Shown here: positions 18,843 to 26,795 of the stretch, one piece after another | Numbering within the stretch: position 1 is the stretch's first letter | Layout: each line of letters begins with the position of its first letter | Source of the DNA: an uncultured Opitutales bacterium | Lineage (GTDB): Bacteria; Verrucomicrobiota; Verrucomicrobiia; Opitutales; Intestinicryptomonadaceae | NCBI GenBank assembly: GCA_934613415.1 | Contig: CAKTSY010000001.1 | Coordinates: 1 to 32,000, forward strand | Direction of reading: 5' to 3' | DNA: 32,000 nucleotides | Position numbers and translations under genes: made by a program | Notes under the pieces: model-generated | What the model saw: only the letters and a program-made list of their open reading frames with translations | Databases searched by the model: none | What the model was told of the DNA's origin: nothing

Positions 18843-18996
18843 AAAAATATTATTTTTTCGCAAAAATATACTTGACTTTCGCAAAAATATACATTTTATT
18901 CCGCTATAGTTTTACAACTTATGCATTAAGTGTGTGCAGAAATTTTAACATCTATTCTGAACATTAACCAAACAAACAAAACGAGGCAAAAAAATT

Positions 18997-19197
18997 ATGG
19001 CGAGACCCAAAGGAAGTCTAACAAGAGCACCTGGAATGACACAAATCTCGATTAGTCTCCCCAAGAAATTGGTGGAACAAATCGACAAAATGGCGGACGC
19101 AGAAAACAGGAACCGTTCGAACTTTATTGCCAACACATTATTTAATTTGGCACAACGTTCGTTGGCTGTTGCAGAACCCAAAAAGATTTTGAAATAA
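18997..19197 (+). CDS. Ribbon-helix-helix (CopG-like) DNA-binding protein (66 aa)
   Basis: ISISLPKKLVEQIDKMADAENRNRSNFIANTLFNL fits the beta-alpha-alpha RHH pattern. A strong terminator follows. Confidence 0.65.
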   Translation: MARPKGSLTRAPGMTQISISLPKKLVEQIDKMADAENRNRSNFIANTLFNLAQRSLAVAEPKKILK

Positions 19198-19217
19198 GTC
19201 TTTTTTCTCATATGACT

Positions 19218-19532
19218 TTATAGAATGCAAAACGTTAAGTTTTGCATTCTTTTTTTGTTTTTGTTATTCCATAGGTCGATATTTATCCCTGGCAGTTTGT
19301 ATTCGCACTTTGCTCCAGTAGATATTTTGATGGCTACTGGAATATTAGGTGGCGTTATAACAATCGTTATTTGCGTTGGAATGTTCAGAGGTTTTGTATT
19401 TTTCCTAAAAGAAAAGCAGACATCATGGATATGCACACTTTCAATCGCATTCTTTATTAATTGTCTTACATCGGGTTGTTCTTTCTCGATAATATCGTAT
19501 ATTCCTGCATTGCTTTTAATTGCCGATGCCAT
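19218..19532 (-). CDS. Hypothetical protein (104 aa); strand and reality uncertain
   Basis: In this AT-rich locus the minus-strand ORF is K/N/I-rich, like real AT-rich genes. The overlapping + ORF at 19225-19590 is F/L-rich, which is typical of an antisense shadow but is also compatible with a small 3-TM protein. The + ORF start lies inside the terminator hairpin. Confidence 0.3.
   Translation of the reverse strand: MASAIKSNAGIYDIIEKEQPDVRQLIKNAIESVHIHDVCFSFRKNTKPLNIPTQITIVITPPNIPVAIKISTGAKCEYKLPGINIDLWNNKNKKRMQNLTFCIL
19223..19257 (+). terminator. Rho-independent terminator after the RHH gene
   Basis: A perfect 11-bp stem GAATGCAAAAC/GTTTTGCATTC with a 5-nt loop is followed by a T8 run. 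Confidence 0.8.
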
Positions 19533-19835
19533 TCGAATGGAAACACCTTTGCCATTGTATAACGACCCTAGGATTAACTCGATGCGCTAAAAACAGAAAT
19601 TTATAAACTGAGTATACTCTAATGGTTTGTTATTTTTTCTATTTTGGGTGCAAAATTTGGTGTTCAAGTGTGTTATATGCAACACGAAATATACCAAACT
19701 AAAGAATGCTATGAGCCAAAACGCGACAGAGTAGGGTTATATTTAATTGGCAATAATACATAAAGTAGCGTTGATGCCAGATGTAAAAACGAAACCTATA
19801 GCTTTGAATGCGACTTTATAATATAAAGCGAATCA

Positions 19836-19993
19836 TAAGTGTGCAAAAAAAGCCAGACTTTTCGCGCATATTAATATTAAGCAAGTTGCGAAGAAAAAAG
19901 TATAAAATACGCAATATAGGAAATAAAAATTTTTTGTATTTCGCAAAAAAATCGTTGCAAACACAGAAAAATAGATAGATAAAACCATATACT
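19836..19993 (+). promoter_or_regulatory. CRISPR leader 2, homologous to leader 1
   Basis: See leader 1. It has the same conserved blocks and the same TTGCAA-N17-GATAAA just upstream of the first repeat. Confidence 0.7.
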
Positions 19994-20222
19994 GTCGCGC
20001 CCCTTGCGGGCGCGTGAATTGAAACTTTGTCTTTTGCTCAATATATACGCTTGCAAAGGGTCGCGCCCCTTGCGGGCGCGTGAATTGAAACAACAGCCTG
20101 CGTTTGCCGCCAGAATATGTAAATAGTCGCGCCCCTTGCGGGCGCGTGAATTGAAACTCGATAATTCCCAAAGGAGAAAAACCCACGGCGGTCGCGCCCC
20201 ACGCGGCGCATTGGGATAAATC
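19994..20222 (+). CRISPR. CRISPR array 2: 4 repeats (GTCGCGCCCCTTGCGGGCGCGTGAATTGAAAC) and 3 spacers of 33-34 bp; type I-C-like
   Basis: Repeats start at 19994, 20060, 20126 and 20191 (degenerate terminal repeat). The consensus differs from array 1 only at loop position 12 (T instead of C). Confidence 0.9.
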
Positions 20223-20321
20223 AACTATAAACACAACAAAGCAAGGAATTTTCGCAAATTTTTAGATGTATGGTTTTTTGTATTTTGGCAAAAAGATTTG
20301 TTTTCTTTAGCTTATGGGCAC

Positions 20322-20351
20322 AAAAAAAGCCGCATATTTGCGGCTTTTTTT
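20322..20351. terminator. Bidirectional rho-independent terminator
   Basis: The stem GCCGCA/TGCGGC has a 4-nt loop, with A7 upstream and T7 downstream. It serves the OMP gene (-) and could stop array-2 transcription (+). Confidence 0.75.
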
Positions 20352-20369
20352 GTTGATGAATTCTTGTAA

Positions 20370-21125
20370 TTAGAATTCGTAGCGGATTTTGAGCATGCCC
20401 CAGTCGGCATCGTCTATGCCAATGAAGTGGGTGGGGTAGAAGTCGTGGCCGTATTCGATGGAAGCTACCATATGGAACGAGAATTTCCACGAAAGTTCGC
20501 CGCCTACTGTTGTGTAGTGCGAGATGAAGTAGTTGCCGCCGATTGCGTTGTAGGAATATTTTGCCGCAAACGAGAAGTTCTTTGCAAACGAAAATTCTAC
20601 ACCGCCGCCCAATTTCCAAGTAAGGTTGATACCATCGGGTTCAACGTCTGCCGAATTGATGTGCGAGTACATACCGCCAAAGCCGCAGTCAGCATAGGGA
20701 GTAATTACAAAGTTTTCGGCTGCTACAAATCTGTAGAAAGGACGGAAATTCAACGGGAAGTTGAATGTTTGGTAGTTGTCGCCTTCGTTTACGCCGAGGA
20801 AGTTGTATTTTAGGGGAACGTTAATGTCCAAACCGAAAGTTTCGTCGTCGGAAAGGAATACATTGATGTTGCCTTCTAAAACTGCGCCCAACGAAGCGCA
20901 ATTGCCTGCTATGCCAGCGTCGAGATTGCCGCCGCCAAGGCCAAAGCCTACATAGTTTTTGCCCAAAGCCGATGTAAATTCGGGCTTTGCTTTTTGTACA
21001 ATCTGCTGTTGTGCAGGTTGTGCGGGTTGTACAGCCTGAGCAGGTTGCGCATTAACTTGTTGCTGGGCGTTCGCAAAAGAGAACGCAGCAAACAACGATA
21101 CTAACGATATTATAGCTTTTTTCAT
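20370..21125 (-). CDS. Outer-membrane beta-barrel protein (251 aa)
   Basis: The signal peptide ends in ANA|QQQ and is followed by a Q/P/A-rich linker. Alternating aromatic/glycine beta-strand patterns are present. The C-terminus ends in the aromatic YEF. Confidence 0.7.
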   Translation of the reverse strand: MKKAIISLVSLFAAFSFANAQQQVNAQPAQAVQPAQPAQQQIVQKAKPEFTSALGKNYVGFGLGGGNLDAGIAGNCASLGAVLEGNINVFLSDDETFGLDINVPLKYNFLGVNEGDNYQTFNFPLNFRPFYRFVAAENFVITPYADCGFGGMYSHINSADVEPDGINLTWKLGGGVEFSFAKNFSFAAKYSYNAIGGNYFISHYTTVGGELSWKFSFHMVASIEYGHDFYPTHFIGIDDADWGMLKIRYEF

Positions 21126-21248
21126 AGTCTGTGTTATAGTTTAAATATATCGAAAAATGAAAGGTTTTCTAAGCCGATTTGTCAACATTATTTTTTGTCT
21201 ACAAAACGGTCTAAAAAATCTTTTTTATGTGTAAGTTGTATGTTTAAT

Positions 21249-22844
21249 TTATTTGCCTTCTACAAAAAGCACAAAAGCGGGATATTTCTTTGCAAGTTTT
21301 TCGAAGCCCAAGTCGCCAAAGCTTATTGTAAGCTTATTGTTGCTTATCGAAAAGTTTTTAAGCTCTTTTGGCGTTTTTTCGGTTAAATCCTGCACAAAAA
21401 CTTTTATGTCTTTTGCATTGTTAGGCAGCGCGAAAGTAAGCGTATTGAATTGCCCGAACACACCTATTTTGCGGTTTAGGCAGTTTTCGTTTACAAATGT
21501 GTTTGTGTTGTAGTTGCGGTTTTCGTCGCGTTCTACAAACGACACGCACAAAGTTCCGTTGGTGTGTTTGGTTGCTAAAACGTAGGGTTGCAAGGCGTCT
21601 TTTTGCGCAAGGTCAACTTCGGGCAAATCCATATTGCCCCTTACAATAATTGCGGGTGCGCTTTGCTCTATGGGCGGCAAGCTTTGGTCGGTGCGTTTTT
21701 TGAAAGCATCGGGCAAATTCCTTACCTTTTTAAATTCGCTAAGCCTTTCGCTAGAAACTTTAATGGGCAATTCTTTTGCGGCCAAAGCGGGGGCAATTCT
21801 TTGCCAGTGAATAAAAGACGTAAATTCGCGTGCGCGCCTGTGGTCTATGGCCCTCATTTCGCCGCAAAAACTTGCAAGGCCGGCTCCTATTTTAGGGTTA
21901 TCTTCGCAGGTTAAAAACAAATTAAGCTGTTCTTCGTAGCCGAAATTAAGTTCGTATACGCAACGGTCTAGCGTAACAGAATTGCCGTAGGTGTCGTAGG
22001 TTCTAAACAGGGTGGAAAACTCCAAAATTTCGTCGAGCTTGTCTAGCTCTTTGCGCGGGGTGTTGGCAAATTTGCCGTCGCCGAAATATTTGCCGTCTTT
22101 GAATTGTATGTTGTTTATAAAGTTTGCGGGAAGTGCCGGATACGCGTTTTCTATAATCAATTCGGGGAACTCTTTTGCGGCAAGCTTTGTAAGCATTTTT
22201 CTAAAGCCAACATCTAGGCAATGTATTCCCCAGTCTACTTTCCAATACCTTATATTTGCGTATTTGCTCCAGGCAATGCGTTCTTTCCAAAATTCTATTT
22301 GATTTTCGGCACTAATTTTGTTGCGGCCGTAGTTTTCGCCGAATTTTTGCGCGCTAATCCACAAAGCACCGCCAAGCCAACCATTGGCAACAAGCTTGTC
22401 GTTTAGCCATTTTAGCCTTTCCTGCGGGCTCATTCCCTTAACCGAGGGAAACCTTGTTTCGTTTAATATATGCGAGCCGAAAACCGAAATATTTACGGCA
22501 GGTCTTTCGTAATAACCAACGTCCCAGCCATCGTCCAAAATAAAATAGCAGTCTTTCCTAATATCGCCCCAATTTTTTGCCCAGCCTTTTTCGCCGAAAA
22601 CGGTTTCCTCGTTAATGCCGTCGCGCTGCGAAATTTTTGTAATGTCTTTCGCATAGTCGGGCACGGGCTTGCCTCTTTTTATGCGGTCTTTATATCGGCC
22701 TATTACATTGCTTTGCGAACCCCATGTGCACCAGGTGTTCATTGAATTTTTTTGCGGAGTTTCGGGGATAAGGTTTTCTAGCGCAAGTGCCGACAAAGCT
22801 ACGCAAAACGCCGCGGTATATATACAGAATTTTTTAAGTTTCAT
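21249..22844 (-). CDS. Secreted glycoside hydrolase, alpha-galactosidase-like (clan GH-D; 531 aa)
   Basis: There is a signal peptide. NTWCTWGS resembles GWNSW, FILDDGWD is a DDGW box, and RYWKVDWG resembles the KxD nucleophile box. The specific family and substrate are not determinable by eye. Confidence 0.5.
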   Translation of the reverse strand: MKLKKFCIYTAAFCVALSALALENLIPETPQKNSMNTWCTWGSQSNVIGRYKDRIKRGKPVPDYAKDITKISQRDGINEETVFGEKGWAKNWGDIRKDCYFILDDGWDVGYYERPAVNISVFGSHILNETRFPSVKGMSPQERLKWLNDKLVANGWLGGALWISAQKFGENYGRNKISAENQIEFWKERIAWSKYANIRYWKVDWGIHCLDVGFRKMLTKLAAKEFPELIIENAYPALPANFINNIQFKDGKYFGDGKFANTPRKELDKLDEILEFSTLFRTYDTYGNSVTLDRCVYELNFGYEEQLNLFLTCEDNPKIGAGLASFCGEMRAIDHRRAREFTSFIHWQRIAPALAAKELPIKVSSERLSEFKKVRNLPDAFKKRTDQSLPPIEQSAPAIIVRGNMDLPEVDLAQKDALQPYVLATKHTNGTLCVSFVERDENRNYNTNTFVNENCLNRKIGVFGQFNTLTFALPNNAKDIKVFVQDLTEKTPKELKNFSISNNKLTISFGDLGFEKLAKKYPAFVLFVEGK

Positions 22845-22943
22845 ATAGTTAATACGATTGATACAATTCGAAAATTCAAGCTATTAAAGTTCTAAAGCTT
22901 AGTAAAGTAAATTCTATGCTTTAAGTAAATTTTTTACAGACAT

Positions 22944-22975
22944 AAAAAAACCGCACCAAATGGCGCGGTTTTCTT
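22944..22975. terminator. Rho-independent terminator downstream of the pal-like gene
   Basis: The stem CCGCACC/GGCGCGG has one mismatch. A7 lies on the + side, which is a T7 run on the minus strand, immediately after the gene end. Confidence 0.65.
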
Positions 22976-22991
22976 ATAAATTTACTTTTAG

Positions 22992-23555
22992 TTATTTTGT
23001 AAGCTTTACAATTTCAACCCTGCGGTCTTGCTTTGCCTGAGGCGAATTTTTGTCTACATCGGGGGTTGCGTTCGCTTCGCCAACGGGAAGTCTTTCCATA
23101 TTGGCGGCATTTACGCCGTTTGTTTCCAAATATTCGCTAACAGCCGAAGCCCTTTTGTCGGAAAGCAAAAGGTTGTATTCTTCGGTGCCGTACCAGTCGG
23201 TGCGGCCAACCAAAACCGTCTTAACACTGGGGTTTGCCGAATAGAACTGGGCGGCTTCCTTCAATTTGCCTCTTTCAGAAGATGGAATTGCATATTGGTC
23301 GAAACCAAAGTAAACTGTGCAAACAATATCTTCGGGATTGATGTTGTTGGGGTCAAAACCGTCTAGCGAGTTAATGCCGCGACCTTTAAGGCCTTCGGCG
23401 TCGGCACCGTACGAGCCGTCGGGCAAGTTGCCGTTTTTGTCGGCCGAGCCCATTGCTGCATTGGTATCGGAAGGCGAGGGGTTATCCCACGATTCGCAAG
23501 CCGAAAGCATAAACATTGCCGCCAACATTAAGGAAACTGCGTATAGTTTTTTCAT
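22992..23555 (-). CDS. OmpA-family peptidoglycan-associated lipoprotein (Pal-like, 187 aa)
   Basis: The lipobox is LSAC. The OmpA-C domain shows VYFGFDQYAI...LVGRTDWYGTEEYNLLLSDKRASAVSEYL...DRRVEI. Confidence 0.85.
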   Translation of the reverse strand: MKKLYAVSLMLAAMFMLSACESWDNPSPSDTNAAMGSADKNGNLPDGSYGADAEGLKGRGINSLDGFDPNNINPEDIVCTVYFGFDQYAIPSSERGKLKEAAQFYSANPSVKTVLVGRTDWYGTEEYNLLLSDKRASAVSEYLETNGVNAANMERLPVGEANATPDVDKNSPQAKQDRRVEIVKLTK

Positions 23556-23659
23556 AATCTTTTTAAAATTGTTTAGTAAGTTATATTTGATATGTGATAG
23601 AAGATTTTTTATAAAACGGTTGCCTTTGCAAGCATAATATGAGTTTAAACGGAATTTTT

Positions 23660-24046
23660 TTAGCCGAGTTTACCCATTATATAAAAGAAAAGCGTGCCCA
23701 ACAGCAAAAACGCCAAAGCCAAAACTAGTGTATAGGCAGCCGCCTTTTTTTGCCCTTTGCGGAATATCCAATAACAATAGGGAGCAAAAACCGCCAAAAA
23801 GGGCCAACCCAAAAAGCACAAGCCGCTAAGGAAATAGGCAACCAAAATTGCGGCGGCTGGCGTTTGCGGATTTTGGGCTTTAACCTCCTGCAATTCAACA
23901 AAGCTTTGCATTGGCACAAGCTCGCCACGGCCCAAATCTACAAAGTGCAGCATACCAAGTTTGCCGTAGTTTAGCTGCATTAAGATTTCGTCGCGGCTAT
24001 ATTCGCCTATAGCGCGGCCTTTCCAATACACCTTGTATTTTTTCAT
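23660..24046 (-). CDS. GYF_2 (DUF4339)-like domain protein with 2-3 C-terminal TM helices (128 aa)
   Basis: The N-terminus WKGRAIGEYSRDEILMQLNYGKLGMLHFVDLGRGELVPMQSF is like the bacterial GYF_2 fold pattern. Hydrophobic helices follow. The start overlaps the upstream stop (ATGA at 24043-24046). Confidence 0.55.
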   Translation of the reverse strand: MKKYKVYWKGRAIGEYSRDEILMQLNYGKLGMLHFVDLGRGELVPMQSFVELQEVKAQNPQTPAAAILVAYFLSGLCFLGWPFLAVFAPYCYWIFRKGQKKAAAYTLVLALAFLLLGTLFFYIMGKLG

Positions 24047-26790
24047 TTATGCGCCTTTAGCAGTGGCGAAAAAATTGCGGGTTTTTCAAGCAACTTGCCG
24101 TTTTCGTATACTACAACAACTTTGCTAGTTGCAGCCGATATCCCGAAAATTTTGCCGCTGTTTTCGCCAAAGAAATGTGCCGTCGAAAGTTCGTCGACAT
24201 AGCCTACAAAAACCTTCGGGTTTTCTAGCATAGACTTTGCCAGATTTTTAGTTTCGGTTGCTTCTTTTATATAATTTGGCTGTTTTTCGGAATATAGTGC
24301 GGCTTTAATGTCGTCTACTTTTGCTGAATTTGCATATATCCACGAAAACGGGGAAAATTCTGCCGCCTTTTCCAAAATAAGTTGTTTGCGGTTTAATGCG
24401 CTTTTTGAATATGCAATGCCGCTTGATATTTCGTCTGTATTTTGGGCTGTAAAAAGAGAATATTCAAGATAGGCTTTAAAAACGCAGTTTACATCAGCTT
24501 TGGCAACTTCGGCTAAAGCTTCGGGCAAAGTGGGGCGTTTGCGCGCCAATTCCGTTAAAAATTGCGATTCCTTTGCAGGGGTTTTACCTGTAAGAAGCTC
24601 GTTTACCTTAACATATGCGCCCGAAACCAACTTGCGGCGCATTATGTGCCTTAAAGTGCCGTCTTGCGAAAACTGACGCCCAGTTTGTATTACTTCGTAG
24701 CCACCGGGCCATTCGTTGGTTCTTTCTTTAAGCACTTTGCTTGTATATATTTTTTTGCCGTCTTTGTCGGTATATTCGTATACGTCGTAAAGTTGTTCCC
24801 ATTCGTTTAATGGGGCAATTTTAGCGAACGAAAATTCCTTGCTTGCACTTTTAAAGGCGCGTTTGCCTATAAGTTCGGTTAAATCGCCGTAAATTAGACT
24901 TTCTTTTTGCGCTTGGGCATTTTTTATGCTTTTTGCAAAACGCTCGGGCAACGGATTTATTGCCGACAACTGCGTTAATGCCGAATAGAATTCGTCTAGC
25001 GAGCGTGCGTTGTTTATAGCGTTTTGGGCGTTTTTTATGTCCTGCAATCGCATTGTATAAGCGGTATATTTTGAAATATAGTCGTTATACTTTGTTTGAT
25101 TTAACGGGTGAAGCGGAACAATTCTCGAATATTTTTCGACAAGGTTTTTTAGAATTTGTACTTTTTTGCCAAGTTCGTTTACGGAATTTTCGAAGCTTTG
25201 TCCGTAGTCGCTTGAAAATGCCGAAATGCAGTTTTCTATTTCGTTGGACGCAAGCGAAAACTCCTTTTCAAAAGAGCTTTTTACAGTGTCTATTAAAATA
25301 TAAAAACGGCGTTTGCCTGCCTGAATTTTTTCGGAAATTTCGCTTTCGTCTTCTTTTGGCAGCTTTTGCGCGCTTTCTTCCAATGCCGCAAATTCGGCGT
25401 TTGCCGCCTTGAATGTGTTAGAATCTATGGCGTCGGGCTTAATGCTGCCCAAAGTTTCAAGAGAATTTTCTATTTTCGCCTTTCGGTTTTCAAGCATTTG
25501 CAAAGTATTTTTTGCGTTTGCAATTTCCCTTTCAAATTTCGGGGCAAATTCGGAATATTGCTTGTCGAAATACGCAAGCGAGTTTTTCATTTCGCTTATG
25601 CTCGGCAATGTTTCGAACTTTGCCACTTCCGACATAGCGGCGTTTGCACGCTCGCTTTTTCGGCTTAAATTAAAACATAGCATAGCGCAGGCTGCAATTG
25701 CGGCCACAGCGCAGATTGCAAAGCCAAGTTTCGCAAGTTTTTTAACCTTTAACGCATGTTTGATTGACGCAATTTTTTGCGATACTTTTTTTGCGGAGTT
25801 TTCGTCGAAATACTTGCCGTATTTATTTTGCAGTTCGGTAAAATCGGCCAGGCTTTGGGCAAGGTTTTTGCCTTTTTTAGAGTCGCTTTCGAATGCCAAA
25901 AGGGCCGCCGTTTTAGCCTTTGCCGAAAGCTCGGTTTTTGCGTGTTCGTCGCGCAAGGCAAAGGCTTTGTCTTTCAAAACTTCGGCGTTGCCAAAGTCGC
26001 TTTGCGAAACAATGTCGGGGTATTCAAACGCAATAAGTTTTAATTCGTTGTAAAGCGAAATTGCGGCGCGCCAGTCTTTTGATATGTCTATAGACTTTAT
26101 TTGGCTTAAAATCTCCCGGGCATTTTCCTTTGCGTTTTGCAGCTTTATAGCGTCTATTTTTTTGCAGATTTCGCGCCAGCTGGCGCTGTCGGTGTCAAAT
26201 TCCGAGCTGTTTGCCTCTAAAAAGGCAAAAAGTTTTAGGGCTTGTTCGGTGTCGTTGTTTTGCAGTGCCGTTTTAATTTTGGCAAGCTTTTCGCTTACTC
26301 GGCTTTTTAGCAGGCGCACATATTCCGCCTTTATGTCGCTATTGTTAGAATTTATGCGCGAAATTGTTTTTATAATTTTTAGGGCGTCGTCGTAGTTGCG
26401 ACTGCGCATAGCCCTGCGGTAGTCTCTGTAAAGAGGGTGGTTTTGCCCGATGTCTTTTGTGTATAGCGACTGCAAAAGTTCCACATAATAGCCGTCAAAA
26501 TCTGGGGCGCATTCGGCGTTAAATTCGCCGCACAATGCGCGCCATTCGGGCAGTCCTTTAAATTCAAGCAAATTTATTGTATCTAAAACTGGCGGCTCGC
26601 TTTCGGCAATTTGCAACGCCAAATAGTCTCTGTTCGAACGTATGAGAGCTACGCACCGTTCAAGCCTGTCGGCGCAGGCGTTGCGTATGGCGTTGTATTC
26701 GTCGCACAGGCTTTTTATTTCGCTTTCGGTTGGAACTGTTTTGCCGTTTAAAAGCGATTGTATTTTTACTATTAAAAGTTGGCTGTTCAT
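24043..26790 (-). CDS. Large bitopic, mostly helical protein with no recognisable domain (915 aa)
   Basis: I chose the start at ATG 26790, 5 nt after the upstream stop, rather than the ORF-track start at 26868, which would overlap the previous gene by 73 nt. A single TM helix (LGFAICAVAAIAACAMLCF) is encoded around 25669-25734. It separates an N-terminal part of about 350 aa from a C-terminal part of about 540 aa. Confidence 0.7.
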   Translation of the reverse strand: MNSQLLIVKIQSLLNGKTVPTESEIKSLCDEYNAIRNACADRLERCVALIRSNRDYLALQIAESEPPVLDTINLLEFKGLPEWRALCGEFNAECAPDFDGYYVELLQSLYTKDIGQNHPLYRDYRRAMRSRNYDDALKIIKTISRINSNNSDIKAEYVRLLKSRVSEKLAKIKTALQNNDTEQALKLFAFLEANSSEFDTDSASWREICKKIDAIKLQNAKENAREILSQIKSIDISKDWRAAISLYNELKLIAFEYPDIVSQSDFGNAEVLKDKAFALRDEHAKTELSAKAKTAALLAFESDSKKGKNLAQSLADFTELQNKYGKYFDENSAKKVSQKIASIKHALKVKKLAKLGFAICAVAAIAACAMLCFNLSRKSERANAAMSEVAKFETLPSISEMKNSLAYFDKQYSEFAPKFEREIANAKNTLQMLENRKAKIENSLETLGSIKPDAIDSNTFKAANAEFAALEESAQKLPKEDESEISEKIQAGKRRFYILIDTVKSSFEKEFSLASNEIENCISAFSSDYGQSFENSVNELGKKVQILKNLVEKYSRIVPLHPLNQTKYNDYISKYTAYTMRLQDIKNAQNAINNARSLDEFYSALTQLSAINPLPERFAKSIKNAQAQKESLIYGDLTELIGKRAFKSASKEFSFAKIAPLNEWEQLYDVYEYTDKDGKKIYTSKVLKERTNEWPGGYEVIQTGRQFSQDGTLRHIMRRKLVSGAYVKVNELLTGKTPAKESQFLTELARKRPTLPEALAEVAKADVNCVFKAYLEYSLFTAQNTDEISSGIAYSKSALNRKQLILEKAAEFSPFSWIYANSAKVDDIKAALYSEKQPNYIKEATETKNLAKSMLENPKVFVGYVDELSTAHFFGENSGKIFGISAATSKVVVVYENGKLLEKPAIFSPLLKAHK

Positions 26791-26795
26791 AAAAA

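Noticed and set aside
19833-20234. ORFs 19833-20234(-) and 19877-20224(-) across array 2 and its leader
   Set aside because: Same artefact: they translate CRISPR repeats and AT-rich leader DNA.
20221-20619. A 132-aa minus-strand ORF spanning the terminator and the 3' end of the OMP gene
   Set aside because: It overlaps the OMP gene out of frame and crosses a strong terminator. The translation is R/H/C-rich nonsense.
20995-21075. Q/P/A-rich imperfect DNA repeats in the OMP linker (AQPAQAVQPAQPAQQQ) as a possible slippage or contingency locus
   Set aside because: The repeats are short, imperfect and in frame. This is more simply a low-complexity periplasmic linker.
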